This document shows, piece after piece, positions 21,290-37,311 of a stretch of 64,000 bases of DNA. Below the pieces are notes generated by a model. The model had not been told where the DNA came from. It was given only the letters and a program-made list of their open reading frames with translations, and did no database searches. The position numbers and the translations under genes were made by a program. The DNA is from the human T2T-CHM13v2.0 reference genome, Homo sapiens. The stretch is from assembly GCF_009914755.1 (NCBI RefSeq), contig NC_060939.1; one strand, written 5' to 3'. Positions within the stretch are counted from its first letter, which is position 1; each line of letters opens with the position of its first letter.

Positions 21290-22374
21290 TAAACTGAAAC
21301 TGGTCATTTAATTCTGAAAAAGCTGCTTCAGGAAACACAGTGTCCTGATTTAAGTCTGCTGAAAGCAGAGCCTAAAGTGAGTCCTTGAGTGTGGAGTGTT
21401 TATGTGGAAAGCAATTCCCAGAAAAAGGAGTGAAGAAGCGGGGAGAGTGAGATGGAGATGGAGATGGAGGGAAGGTGGTGAAGGATGTGCTGCTGCTGTA
21501 GGAAACGAAGACTCCATCAGTGCTGCTGAGGAGCCACACGGAATGTGCCTCAGAAGTTACCTTGAAAGCTGGGCATGGTGGCTCATGCTTATAATCCCAA
21601 CACTTTGGGAGGCTGAGGCAAGAGGATCAGGAGTTCGAGACCGGCCTGGATAACATAATGAGACCCCATCTGTACAAAAAGTTAAAAATTAGCCAGGGAT
21701 GGTGATGTGCACCTGTAGTCCCAGCTACTCAGGAGGCTGAGGCAAGAGGATCACTTGAGCCTGGGAATTGAGGTTGCAGTGAGCCATTGTTCACCACTGC
21801 ATTCCAGCCTGGGCGACAGAGTAAGACCCTGTCTCAATCAGTCAGTCAATCCAGTCCTGCACACAGTTCTCCAGACCTGTTTCCCAGTTCTCTGTTTCCC
21901 AGTTCCGGTTCTTTTTTGGAAGATTTCCAGGCATTCCATATGGTTCCATATCAGACCCTATTGGATTATGATCTTCAGCTACTTGCACCTTAGTTTTTCT
22001 CTTAGCCAAAGACTTGCTTCTTCATCTTTTAAGCCTCACATAATATAGCTTGTCATCTTGTGTGCTGCCCCAGTTAAATGGTGTAAAAGATGGCAGAGCC
22101 TCATGGTTTCTAGGCCATATCAAGAAATGAAAGTGGTTGCAGTGGTGGTTGGATGTCTTAGGGAAGAGAAGTCAGGTTCTTTCTGGTTCATATTTGTATC
22201 CCCCAGAGCACCCAGCCCAGGGCTTCTTTATAATGGATACTCCAGAAGTATTTGTTGAACGAATGAATGGTTATCTATATAGTCCAAAGGATAGCAAAAG
22301 CCAGATGTGAAATTCTGAACAAGAGCTTGTGTTTGTCTGCCTGGGGAGAGCTCATGTGCCCTTTGCTTTTCCAG

Positions 22375-22510
22375 GAGCATATACAACGCAGCTGTTTGGT
22401 ACTATCATCACTGCCAGGACAGGATGCCAATTGTTATGGTGACAGAAGATGAAGAGGCAATTCAGCAGTATGGAAGTGAAACAGAAGGAGTATTCGTGAT
22501 TACTTTCAAG
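22375..22510 (+). CDS. DIS3L: DIS3L exon 4 (SIYNAAVW...VTEDEE...ITFK)
   Basis: ttccag| and AAG|gtattt. Confidence 0.96.
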
Positions 22511-22628
22511 GTATTTCCAGATATTGTATATGTATGAGTGCTCATTTTCTAAGTAGTACCCATAAGGCTCTAGATCCCTTTGGTAACACAGAAAAGAGAA
22601 AAGAGGAATAGACATTAAGTTCCATTTT

Positions 22629-22747
22629 GGCCAGGCGTGGTGGCTCATGCCTGTAATCCCAGCACTTGGGAGGCTGAGATGGGAAGATCACTTGAGCTTA
22701 GGAGTTCAAGATCAGCTGGGCAATCTAGTGAGACCTTGTCTCTACAG

Positions 22748-22830
<83 letters not shown>

Positions 22831-22980
22831 CAAGCATGGTGGCACGCACCTGTAGTCCCAGCTACTCAAGAGGCTGAGATGGAAGAATCACTGGAGCCTG
22901 GGAGATGGAAGCTGCAGTGAGCCGTGAACACACCACTGTACTAATGCCTGAGTGACAGAGTAAGACCCTGTCTCAACAAA
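22629..22980 (+). mobile_element. AluJ-like element with A29(TA)25 in its central linker (22748-22826)
   Basis: Alu arms flank the microsatellite. Confidence 0.92.
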
Positions 22981-23199
22981 TGAAGTTCTACTTCTTCATT
23001 ATGCCCCAACTATTTAATGTTGACTTTCACAAATTCAGACCAACTTTGACTATAAGGCCCACAGCATCTAATACCAGCCCAGTAAACTCCTACTGACAGT
23101 AAACTAACATTTATAACTATAACAGTAATAGTAATGGTGATGATGATGATAATAGGTTGAATAAAATTGCCAATATTCTTATTGTTGACCTATAAAATG

Positions 23200-23460
23200 G
23201 CAGTTTGACATGGTTCTACCTAATGGTAATAACCAACACATCTATGCCAGCCACTTTTCTGTGTGTATTATTTCATTTAATTCTTGCAACAACCCTATGA
23301 GGTAGGTATTATAATTTAATCTTATTGGTAAGGAAATGGAAACACAGAAAGGCTAAGTAACTTGTTAAAAGTCACACAGTAGAAAATGGTAGGGCTATGG
23401 TTAAAATCCAGGCAATCGGACCCCAAAGCTCTTAGCCACCATGCTATACTGCCTTCCAAG
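23200..23460 (-). mobile_element. MIR element
   Basis: aacaaccctatgaggtaggtattat..aggaaatggaaacacagaaaggctaagtaacttg..aagtcacacag. Confidence 0.8.
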
Positions 23461-24571
23461 TTATTTTTCTGAAAATGCACACGAAACAAACTGTCTTAAA
23501 GGCCAGTCTTTTTTTCCAACTGTTCTTCACTCTTCCCCACTTGTGAATGTTCATAGGGGTTAATAGGGATAAATGAAAGGGTTGAGATGTGATATTATTT
23601 ATGTGAATGCTGTCAGATCTGCTTAGTACAGATCTCAGACAGGAGTGGCATTATCAGTGACTGTTTCTTTGGGCTGTCTCAGCAACGCAGTTCTTCCTAT
23701 CTCTTAGGTACCTTTTGTGAGAGTAGGATGACTGTTAATCTCTCAACAGATCGCTGGTCGCTTCTGTCTGCCCAGCTGGTCAATTAGGTTTCACTTGTTG
23801 ATATCACTTTTTGGTGCAGAAACTAGAATAAGGCCCTGTATTACCCCTGTCAGTTTATAGAAAGTCTAGTTGGGTTTTGAATTGCAGATTCTGTAAGGGT
23901 TCCCAGGTGCATATATTGCTAAAGATTTGCCAATAGAATTTTCTTGGCCCTGCTATAAGAAAGTGCTCTGGCATGCCAGAGAATTCCAGGGGCGCTGGAT
24001 ATTAATGGCAGTGTCACTTGTTTTTTCTGTTGCAATACATCATGTCTTGTTCCTGCAGAGGACAGTTGACTAAAATTACATTTTTCTACTTTTTTGAAAA
24101 TTACTTTTCTTTGTAGTCCAGTGGTATAGTACAGTTTTATTTTCTATAGTGTTTCTCAAGAAAACTGTGTGACCAAGGGCTTCATAGAGGTGAATGATAG
24201 TAGAAAAAAGAGATATTGTGAAGTTCAGATGAAAGGGAAGCCTAGAATTCTCTGTGGGGACTTGAAGTTAGATGGAGAAGAGCCAAGATGATAAATCCCT
24301 CTTGAAGACGTAGTTCATAATGACAAAGTGTAGTGTTGATAAGTGATAAGTGACCATAGAATTGGGGCACTGACATTAGCACAGACAGAATTTCTGGAAG
24401 GAGTAGGGAAAGAAAGGAAGCAGTTTGAACAGGACTCTGAAATTAGTGGGAGAAATGCTGGAGTTGACAGAAAGTATAACCTGTTTTCTTTTCAATTTGA
24501 GAAGAGAGAATGTGCTAGACTCTACCCCTCAGACTTAAAGTTGAGTTAAAATACATAAAAAAGACAAGAAT

Positions 24572-25094
24572 GGCCTGGCACAGTGGCCCACGCCTGTAAT
24601 CCAGCACTTTGGAAGGCTGAAGCAGGAGGATCACTTGAGCCCAGGAGGTCAAGGCTACAGTGAGCCAAGATCATGCCACTTGTACTCCAGCATGGGCAAC
24701 AGAGCAAGACCAGTGAGCCAAGATCACGCCACTTGTACTCCAGCATGGGCAACAGAGCAAGACCCTGTCCCTTAAAAAAAAAAAAAAAAAAAAAAAGACA
24801 AGAATGTACACATACTGCTGGGCACAGTGTAATCCCAGCACTGTGGGTGGCCAGGGCAGGAGGATCACTGAGCCCAGGAGTTTGAGACCAGCCTGGGCAA
24901 CATAGTGAGACCTCATCTCTACAAAAAATAAAAAAATTAGCCATGTGTGGTGGCATGCGCCTCTAGTCCCAGCCACTTGGGGGGCTGAGGTGGGAGGATT
25001 GCTTAAGGCAGGGGGAGGTCAAGGCTGCAGTGAGCCAAGATTATGCCACTGCATCCAGCTTGGGCTATAGAATGAGGTCTTGTCTCAAAAAAAA
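24572..25094 (+). mobile_element. Internally deleted Alu with a 53-bp internal duplication (24572-24796), followed by an AluJ-like element (24817-25094)
   Basis: TSD AAAAAGACAAGAATG; duplicated units 24658-24710 and 24711-24763. Confidence 0.88.
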
Positions 25095-25446
25095 GTACAT
25101 ATAGGCCATTGTCTGCAGCAATTAGATACACATAAAGACAGGCTGCCTGGACGTGCGCAGGTGTGTATGTGGTGTGTGTGGAGAGAAAGAGACTTGAAAG
25201 CACAAAGTAGCCTAGGAGGTGGAAGTGTTCCACGGTGGAGTGGCTTCCTGGGGCTCATTTGGCAGGCTCAGGGGTTAATGTGGTAGTAGAGAATGAATGG
25301 TGGAGTGAGGCTCAGGAAGTCCTGCTCACTGAGCACCCCCTCAAGATGGCAGGCCAGCAATTCCTAGTCAGGAGTTTCTGTCATAGTACCATGGTGAAGA
25401 ATCAGTACCTTCTGACCGTGTTTCTCTGTGCCTTTATTAAATACAG

Positions 25447-25623
25447 AATTACCTGGACAATTTCTGGCCTGATTTAAAAGCTGCCCACGAGCTTTGTGAT
25501 TCTATCCTTCAGTCTCGACGGGAGAGAGAGAATGAGAGTCAGGAGAGCCATGGGAAGGAGTACCCAGAACATCTTCCCCTGGAAGTGTTAGAAGCTGGGA
25601 TTAAATCTGGACGCTATATCCAG
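25447..25623 (+). CDS. DIS3L: DIS3L exon 5 (NYLDNFW...GRYIQ)
   Basis: atacag| and CAG|gtgagg. Confidence 0.96.
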
Positions 25624-26702
25624 GTGAGGGTGGTAATTTAGAATGTGTCAGGGCTGGGCACAGTGGCTCATGCCTGTAATCCCAGCACTTTGGCTAAGGC
25701 TGATAGATTGCTTTAGCCCAGGAGCTGGAGACCAGACTGGGCAACATAGTGAAACCCTGTCTCTAGAAAAAATTTAAAAATTAGCCAGGCGTGGTAGTGT
25801 GCACCTGTACTCCCAGATTACTTGGGAGGTTGAGGCAGGAGGATCACTTCAGCCTGGATGGTTGAGGCTGCAGTGAGCCATGATTGCACCACTGCACTCC
25901 AGCCTGGGTGACAGTGAGAACCTGTCTCAATTAAAAAAAAAAAAAAAAAAAGAATCTGTCAGGACCAGCCAGTATGTTTTCTCCTCTTTTTACTGCATCC
26001 TGTCACAGGCCTCTGATTTCACAGGCTGCAAACAAGATGGGCATGAGTAAGTCAGGGTTGTCAGTGTTTCAGGTGGCTTGGGAGTCATTCTTTCCAGACA
26101 CTGATTGCCCAGCTTGAAGCTACTCTGCGATGATGTCCTTAATTCTGTTACATATTGAACATCATACAAGCAGACTGTGGAAGTCGCCTGGTAAATGCCT
26201 CCTGTCACTAGAAAAAAACATACCTCTTTGAATCAAGGTCTGGAGGTTTGGTGATGTTGTAAAATTGGTGAAATTTAGCTTCTTTCCTCCTTTGCCATTT
26301 TTTTCTCTGCCCCTTTCAAGGGCCTCTTTGTGATCCTCCCAGGACCCTAGAACTCAGATGCTGTCAGGGTCTTGGGAAGGAATCAGATACAATTTTTATT
26401 CAGATTTCAACAGTTTTATATGCACTCATTTATGTGTGTATGTGTGTGTAGCTCTATGCAGTTTTATCACATGCATAGATTTGTGTGTCCACCACCACAA
26501 TCAAGATACAGAATTGTTCTATCGTGGATTTTGCATTTCTAATGAGCAACTCAGTAGATTGTCAACCACAATCTAAGAGCATCACTCCAAAGCCACTCCC
26601 TAAAAGTGTGGGGATTTTAAATGAGTATGTCTAGAGAGGCTAATGTTTCCAACTTAGTAGTAAAGTTTATGGCATTCCTGGGAGGACTTTTTTTAATTTT
26701 AA

Positions 26703-26846
<144 letters not shown>

Positions 26847-27290
26847 TAGCTGGGATTACAGGCACACGCCACCATGCCCAGCTAATTTTTGTATTTTTAG
26901 TAGAGACGGGGTTTCACCATGTTGGCCAGAATGGTCTCGATCTCTTGACCTCGTGATCCACCCACCTCAGCCTCCCAAAATGCTGGGATTACAGGCGTGA
27001 GCCACCGTGCCTAGCCCCTGGGAGGATATTTTGAGATAGAAGATTTTTAAAAGACTACTCATCAGTTACATAAGATAGAGCCTGGTACTTTCAGCACTTT
27101 GTATAGCTAAGAGTAGTTCAAAATGATGGTATTTTTCTCCAAAGAAAATAAACCTTAGTGATTAATATTATTCCTACCCACGCATGGTTTCTCATGCCTG
27201 TAATCCCAGCACTTTGGGAGGCCGAGGTGGATCACAAGGTCACGAGTTCAAGACCAGCCTGACCAACATGGAGAAACCCTGTCTCTACTA

Positions 27291-27632
<342 letters not shown>

Positions 27633-27763
27633 CTAAAGGGATCACAAACCTTAAAAGAATATTATGGGGATGTTTTCACATAATTTTAAAAACTGGACCT
27701 TTTGGAGATAAACCAGGCGGAAAAGAACATTTTTCATATTGATTTTTTAAATTATGATTTTAG

Positions 27764-27842
27764 GGAATTCTGAATGTCAACAAACACAGAGCCCAAATAG
27801 AAGCTTTTGTTCGACTTCAAGGAGCCAGCAGTAAAGATTCAG
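27764..27842 (+). CDS. DIS3L: DIS3L exon 6 (GILNVNK...SKDS)
   Basis: ttttag| and CAG|gttcag. Confidence 0.95.
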
Positions 27843-28760
27843 GTTCAGTATAAACCTTACATAAATTTCCATACTCCTTTTTTATTCTGACGTTATACAA
27901 TGAAGAAAGCAAAGTTGAAATTGTCATGTCATATGTGCCCTGTTATGTATGCCTACATACATTGGGTATGTGAGATTGTGGCGGGGGGTGGTTCCCCTAG
28001 CTTTTTGTCTATAATTTCTGATTTTATTGCAATAAATTTAAACTACAACACAGAGAAGCAAAGTAACTTGCCCAAGGTCACACACCTGGTAAGTGGTGGA
28101 GTTGAATTTGTAGCCAAGGCAGTTTGGCTGTGATTTTAACATATTAGTCTGTGCTGCCTCAATGTGCTATATTGCTTTATTGGAGTAAATTTTTTTTAAG
28201 TAATAAAAATGAAAAAATGTGTAAATAAGTTGTATCATAATCAGGTGTAGTTCTTAGTTCTGTAATGACAGGGTGAAAAAGAAACCCTGCTAGTCAAAGG
28301 AGCATGGCTGGGTGGAGAGAGAATGAGAAACTGGCTTTCTTCGGGCCCTTGCTCGTCAGCATTCCCCCTGTCGGTTCTGCCCTATCTATAGTTCCTCAGC
28401 CCACTGACCAATCCCTTGGCTGTGTAGGATCCTAAAGGTATTTGACAGAAGTCCAGCATAGGCTCACATAGTTGCATGCAGGGAACTAATACCTTTTTAA
28501 AAGGTGGTGAAGGGGATGGGGATATTTTTTTGAAAGATGATTGAGGGTGGCACTTATGAAATCTCAATATACAGTATGACATGGTGCCAGCAATTCTTCA
28601 TTCCTAACCTGCAGAACAAAAGTTTGACTCTACCTTTGAAAAGAAAAAGCTTTACTTGCAGGAGTACTGATTAGACTTCGAGTATATCATGCGCGGAATG
28701 CCTCACTGGTGTGCCATTCCCTTGGCTTTATGGGTTTTTTCTGTGCTGCCCCAAACACAG

Positions 28761-28940
28761 ATTTAGTCAGTGACATCCTAATCCACGGGATGAAGGCTCG
28801 AAACCGCTCAATTCATGGAGATGTGGTAGTTGTGGAGCTGCTTCCTAAAAATGAATGGAAAGGAAGAACCGTAGCCCTGTGTGAGAATGACTGTGACGAC
28901 AAGGCTTCGGGCGAGTCCCCAAGTGAGCCCATGCCTACAG
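28761..28940 (+). CDS. DIS3L: DIS3L exon 7 (LVSDILIHG...[11 protein letters not shown]...PMPT; cold-shock domain)
   Basis: acacag| and CAG|gtgagc. Confidence 0.97.
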
Positions 28941-29289
28941 GTGAGCCAGCTGCAGAGCCACTCCGATGTCCATTTTTCTTGTGGAATTATATTTGTCTCC
29001 TCTTTAGCAATCCAGAAATACTGCCCTTATTTTATTTATTTATTTTATTTAAATTGACAAAAACTGTATTTATTGTGTATAATATGATGATTTTTGTGTA
29101 TTTACTGTGTATAATATAATATGATGTTTTGATATAATGCATTGGAGAATGCTAGACTGAGCTAATTAACCTATGCATTAACCTCACTATGTGATGAAAA
29201 CACTTAAGATCTACTCTCTTAGCAATTTTCAAGAATACAGTACATTGTTATTAACTATAGTCACAGGTTGTACAATAATAGTTCCTAAC

Positions 29290-31070
<1,781 letters not shown>

Positions 31071-31419
31071 AAAAAAAAAAAAAAAAAGAAAAAAGAGAAC
31101 ATTTTTAATTATTAAAGTTTGGTCTCGGCTTCAGTCAGTGATGATTGAAAGTGTTGTGTATCAGTCTTATGATCTGTACACTTTTCTGTGTATAATGGAC
31201 CAAATAAGGTTAGCTGGTGAGAGAAGGCAAGAAAGACTGAAAACGCGCAGTTGAGGGCACGGTTTAAAACAAGAGTGAAAATCATTGACTTTTCCCAATA
31301 TACCAAAATGAGATTGATAAGATAATGGCAAAAGAGAGAAAATGGGACAAGTGGATTCTAAATGTTATCTCAGGAAGAGAGAGCATACTGACAATGTTAT
31401 TTTAAAAGTTACCCATCTT

Positions 31420-31590
31420 TGCTGGGTATGATGGCACGTGCCTATAGACCCAGCTACCCAGGAGGATGGATTGAGCCCAGGAGTTTGAGACTGTAACATA
31501 TTATGATAGTATCTGTGAATAGCCAGTGCACTCTAGCCTGGGCAGCATAGTGAGATCCTGTTTCTTAAAAAAAAAAAAAAAAACGAACAA
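31420..31590 (+). mobile_element. FAM-type fossil Alu monomer (7SL-derived)
   Basis: Retains the 7SL-like TGTGAATAGCCAGTGCACTC segment; single arm plus A tail. Confidence 0.7.
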
Positions 31591-32170
31591 AAACAAAAAG
31601 TGTTTTTAAATTATCCATCTTTAAAATAAAATACCAAGAAGGCAAATCTTCAAACATACCTTTTCTTGTTGTTGTTATGTGTGTGTTTTGGTTTTTGTTT
31701 ATGTGTTTGTTATTGAGACGGCATCTCACTCTGTTGCCCAGGCTGGAGTGTAGTGGTGCATCTCGGCTCACTGCAAGTTCCGCCTCCCAGGTTCAGGCGA
31801 TTCTCCTGCCTTAGCCTCCTAAACAGCTGTGATCACAGGCGCACGCCACCATGCCCAGCTAATTTTTGTATTTTTAGTAGAGGTGGGGTTTCACCATGTT
31901 AGCCAGGCTGGTCTTGAACTCCTGGCCTCAAGTGATCCTCCTGCCCCAGCCTCCCAAAGTGCTGGGATTACAGGCATGAGCCACCATGCCTGGCCGTTAT
32001 TGTTGTTAATAAAAGCTTCCTTTCAAAAACATTCTTGAGTTGGGTGGATGTGCTTGAAAAAAAATAGGACACTGTATTTCTTGTTCTTTTCCTTACTGCT
32101 TGAGGTGGTCAGAGTCCAGATAGATGGCACCTAACCAGTTAATGCCTTGTTTTGTTTTGTTTTGCCAAAG

Positions 32171-32340
32171 GTCGAGTGGTGGGCATACTTCAGAAGAACT
32201 GGCGGGATTATGTGGTGACATTTCCGTCCAAAGAAGAGGTCCAATCTCAGGGCAAAAATGCTCAGAAAATCCTGGTTACACCTTGGGATTACAGAATTCC
32301 CAAAATTCGAATTAGCACTCAGCAAGCAGAAACCCTCCAG
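32171..32340 (+). CDS. DIS3L: DIS3L exon 8 ([13 protein letters not shown]...ETLQ)
   Basis: ccaaag| and CAG|gtagtt. Confidence 0.96.
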
Positions 32341-32461
32341 GTAGTTGGCATTCTACCTCTACTATGGGATCTCTACGCTTTCTCCTTCTGTCTTTACCAG
32401 CTTTTTAGCAGTACCAGAAAGCATTGTTAATTCCTTTGCATATAAAGAAATAAATTATTGA

Positions 32462-32841
<380 letters not shown>

Positions 32842-33550
32842 TAGAGATGGGGTCTCACTTTGTTGCACACGCTGGTCTTGAACTCCTGACCTCAAGCAGT
32901 CCTCCTGCCTTGGCTCCCCAAAGTGCTGGAATCACAGGCATGAGCCACTGTGCCCAGCCCCAAGATTCTGTTTTTTAAAAATTCTAAATATATGAAAACC
33001 ATCCATTAAGTAGTCTGTGGTTAATAAATTCAGGCCAGAGAGAAATTGTCCTAGAAAGAGCTGTGTAGGACAACCAGAGAGAACATACATTATCCAGCTG
33101 TCCAACATAGAAACTTTCTATAGATACACTTTGCCAACACTAACAAGCTTTCCTCCAGCAAGCAATATAGAAATACGATCACTCTGCCCTGTAGGGATGA
33201 TGTAGTGGTACTTCACAGAATTGATTATCCATAAAGGAATATAGCACTGGAGAGAAGACATAAACAAGAAGGTTAGAAATTAACCTTTACTTGTGTCAAA
33301 AAGTATGGGCATTGCCCAATTTAATTCCCCCTGATATTTTACAGTTTGTAAATGAGACACTAAAGCAGGATGTCCCCAGCCAGTAACCTAGCCATTGTGC
33401 TTTTACATCTTGAAGCCTTATGCAGGCTCTCCAGGCCAGTTGCACCTAATACATTTTCCATTGCCATGGTTTGCTGGAATTTTGGGGTAGTGGGGATTCA
33501 GTTTACACGACACCTTCTTCTCCACCAAAGACCATCTTAAGAGGTCTTCA

Positions 33551-33877
<327 letters not shown>

Positions 33878-34296
33878 TCAAAGAAATTAGGAACTACCTC
33901 CCACACACAAAACATTAAGATTGTTGTTTTAAAACTTAATTTGGAGCATGCATAATTGAGTTTTCCCCTAGTGTTGCAAGCGTTAACTAGAATATATTAC
34001 AGTTAACTAGAATATATTACGGCTCTCTTCAGCAGACTAAAATTTCCAGCCCTCTTCATTGATGTAGAGAGGTAATGCCTCCCTTCAAAGCATTGGGTCA
34101 AGCATTTCATACCATCTGGCAATTTAGTAATAGGAAGAATGAAAAACAAAAAAAAAAACCCTACCATACACCACTATTTGCACCTGGCCACTCTCCTTGG
34201 AACCCAGTATTGTTTGCCTCTTGTTTGTTTGATGCCTCTAATTGACCCACTTAACTCCTGGTGCTCAGCTGTGTTTTATTTTTTCCTTTTGTGCAG

Positions 34297-34458
34297 GACT
34301 TCAGGGTGGTCGTGCGCATCGATTCCTGGGAGTCAACATCTGTGTATCCAAACGGACATTTTGTGCGTGTTTTAGGAAGAATCGGAGATCTGGAAGGGGA
34401 AATTGCAACCATCCTGGTGGAAAACAGTATTTCAGTTATTCCTTTCTCAGAAGCTCAG
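34297..34458 (+). CDS. DIS3L: DIS3L exon 9 ([11 protein letters not shown]...FSEAQ)
   Basis: gtgcag| and CAG|gtcaga. Confidence 0.96.
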
Positions 34459-35326
34459 GTCAGATTTTCCAGAAGGCTTTGATCTAGTGACATTTTCTTT
34501 TTGCTTTTGTTGTTGTTTCATCATTAAGAAAGAAAAGTCTTTGTGCTGTGGAACAACCCACTGTGTGAAGGCACAGATAATGGAAAAATCTCAATCCTCT
34601 TTATTCTATATTTGGACCAAACTGAAGTCAGCTTCAAGTGTAGAATTAGTTTTCTATAGCCTCATAGCTCTCAAATTTTTATATTTTCCAACTGGGCTTA
34701 AAAATGATATGTCAGTGTCTCATAGTCAGTATACATCCATCCCCAGCAACTACAAGGACACCTAGTTACAGACCCAACTGAGCTCCACACTCTCTGTCCA
34801 AATCATTCAACCAGAGGCTGCATAAAGCTGCAGGGGGTGGATTCCTGGGATCCATACATCTCCAACCCATGGGTCAAAAATTATGCTCATTATGAAACAG
34901 TTTTTGTGACCTTTACAGAAAACAAAAATCTCATAAACATAAAACATCAGCTATTTCCATCACTTTATGATCTTTTAAAACCCTCATAAATCTTGTGTAT
35001 TATTCTTGAATGACTATATTCATTGTGTGCACACACTAATTTCTGTTCTGCTTCTTTCACTTAAAATTATTTTTATATATTGACATAGCCTACTTATTTT
35101 AATGGTTATGGTAAATTACGGTATATTGACGTACCCTAGTTTGCTTAAGCATTTCTTGATTTTTGGGCATTCAGCTGTCTAACTTTTCAGTGTTATAAAA
35201 AAATGTAGGCCAGGCGTGGTGGCTCATGCCTGTAATCCCAGCACTTTGGGAGGCCAAGGCAGGTGAATCACCAGGTCAGGAGTTTGAGACCAGCCTGGCC
35301 AACATGATGAAACCCCGTCTCTACTA

Positions 35327-35539
<213 letters not shown>

Positions 35540-36412
35540 TTAATTTCTTTTTGATCATTCTCTTGGAATGTAATCCTTAAAGTGAGATTACCAAGTCAAA
35601 GGGTATAAAAGATTTAAATAGCTTCTAATATGTACAAGCAGATTGTTCTCCAGAAAAATTGGACCCATTTGCATTACCATAAGGAGTGTCTGGGTGTTCT
35701 TATTTTCATTAAAGTTTTTCACAGAACGGGAGCTATCATAGTAAACTATTTTAGAATATTTTACATCATTAAATTTTTATATTTAACATTAGTTTCTGGA
35801 AATTATTTGTTGACTTGTTTGGCAGCTCTTAGTGAAAATGTTACAATAAAATAAAGTGTGGGCTATACATCATAGGACTAGAATTTTCTCTTCCCTTTTA
35901 GCCTACTTAACTGCAAATTGATGGCTTAAACAGATAATAATGGAGAGAAAATGCCCTAGATAGGTCCTGTATAAAATTATCTTTAAGGGGTAAGCTTTTA
36001 ATATTTGGAACATGTTGATTATTTTTTTCAAGGCTTAAATTTAAAGCTTGACTACATTTAAACAAATGGATCATTTGAAAATGGGCTACATGTTGTACTC
36101 TTGTTCCAAGCCCCTGTAACTAAAGAGGCTGGTAGAAGTTGTGGGACATTTTCTGTCCAACTGTAAGGGTCCTCAGGGGTGTAGGACTTTGTCTTTCTTG
36201 TTGACTCCTGACTTTCCAGAGCCCAGCACAGTACCTGGGATATCTGAGGCACCTAGTAAACAATTATTGATCAAAGGAAGCCAACATAGGTTGATGAAGA
36301 AGGTAATTGAGAATGAATGAATTTCTATGTGGTCATACTGAGAATATTAGTGAGTGGATTTTTACAGAAATTTGTGGTGCATGAATTGCTGAATATTTGG
36401 TTTCTCATACAG

Positions 36413-36660
36413 ATGTGTGAGATGCCAGTAAACACACCAGAAAGTCCCTGGAAGGTGAGTCCTGAAGAGGAACAAAAACGTAAAGACTTGAGGAAAAGCC
36501 ATCTCGTATTCAGCATTGACCCCAAAGGTTGTGAAGATGTGGATGACACACTCTCAGTCAGAACCTTAAATAATGGCAACCTGGAACTTGGGGTCCACAT
36601 CGCAGATGTAACACACTTTGTGGCACCAAATTCTTACATTGATATTGAAGCTAGAACAAG
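36413..36660 (+). CDS. DIS3L: DIS3L exon 10 (RNB catalytic motif [11 protein letters not shown]486)
   Basis: atacag| and AAG|gtaatg; RNase II family DxxxxxDxDD and VHIADV motifs. Confidence 0.98.
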
Positions 36661-37218
36661 GTAATGCTATTTGAAATCAGCTCTATGGTTGTGTGTATGT
36701 GACTGGATATTTTGTGTCTGTACTAGTTTCAGGTGTTCAAAGATCTCATGTTTGTGCAATTTTGAAGGTCCCTTCCAGAAAAAAAAAGTTGAGGTCCACT
36801 CTCCATTTTCCTTTAGAAAAACAGTACCTTGATCAATTTACCTTTGCTTTTTAACATAACCTTTTCACACATTGTTTCCTACTAAATCGAAATGGGTTAA
36901 ATTTTCATGTAGTAATATACTATTTTTTAAAAATACTGGATCATTACACTCCAGTTTTTCTTATACGACAAAGATTCATGTCACTTGCTCTTTCTTTCTC
37001 TTATCAGTGGAAGAATATTCAGCCCAAAGCAGTGTCACTTAGAAAAGTGGGACCATGGGAATAGTTTTATTACCCAGTCTGCTGCACTTTATGAAACAGC
37101 AACAGCCTTGGGGAATCTGTAGTGAGATTTTGGCCATTTACCTCCCTGCGGCCCACACAGTCAGCAGTTCTGCTTCTCCCTGCTAAAGGTCGCGTTGCCG
37201 CGTGTGTGTCATTCACAG

Positions 37219-37311
37219 GGCCACCACTTATTATCTAGCAGATCGTCGCTATGACATGCTGCCTTCCGTCCTCAGTGCAGATTTGTGTTCCCTTCTGGGA
37301 GGCGTTGATAG
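37219..37311 (+). CDS. DIS3L: DIS3L exon 11 ([15 protein letters not shown]...GVD)
   Basis: tcacag| and TAG|gtgagt. Confidence 0.96.
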
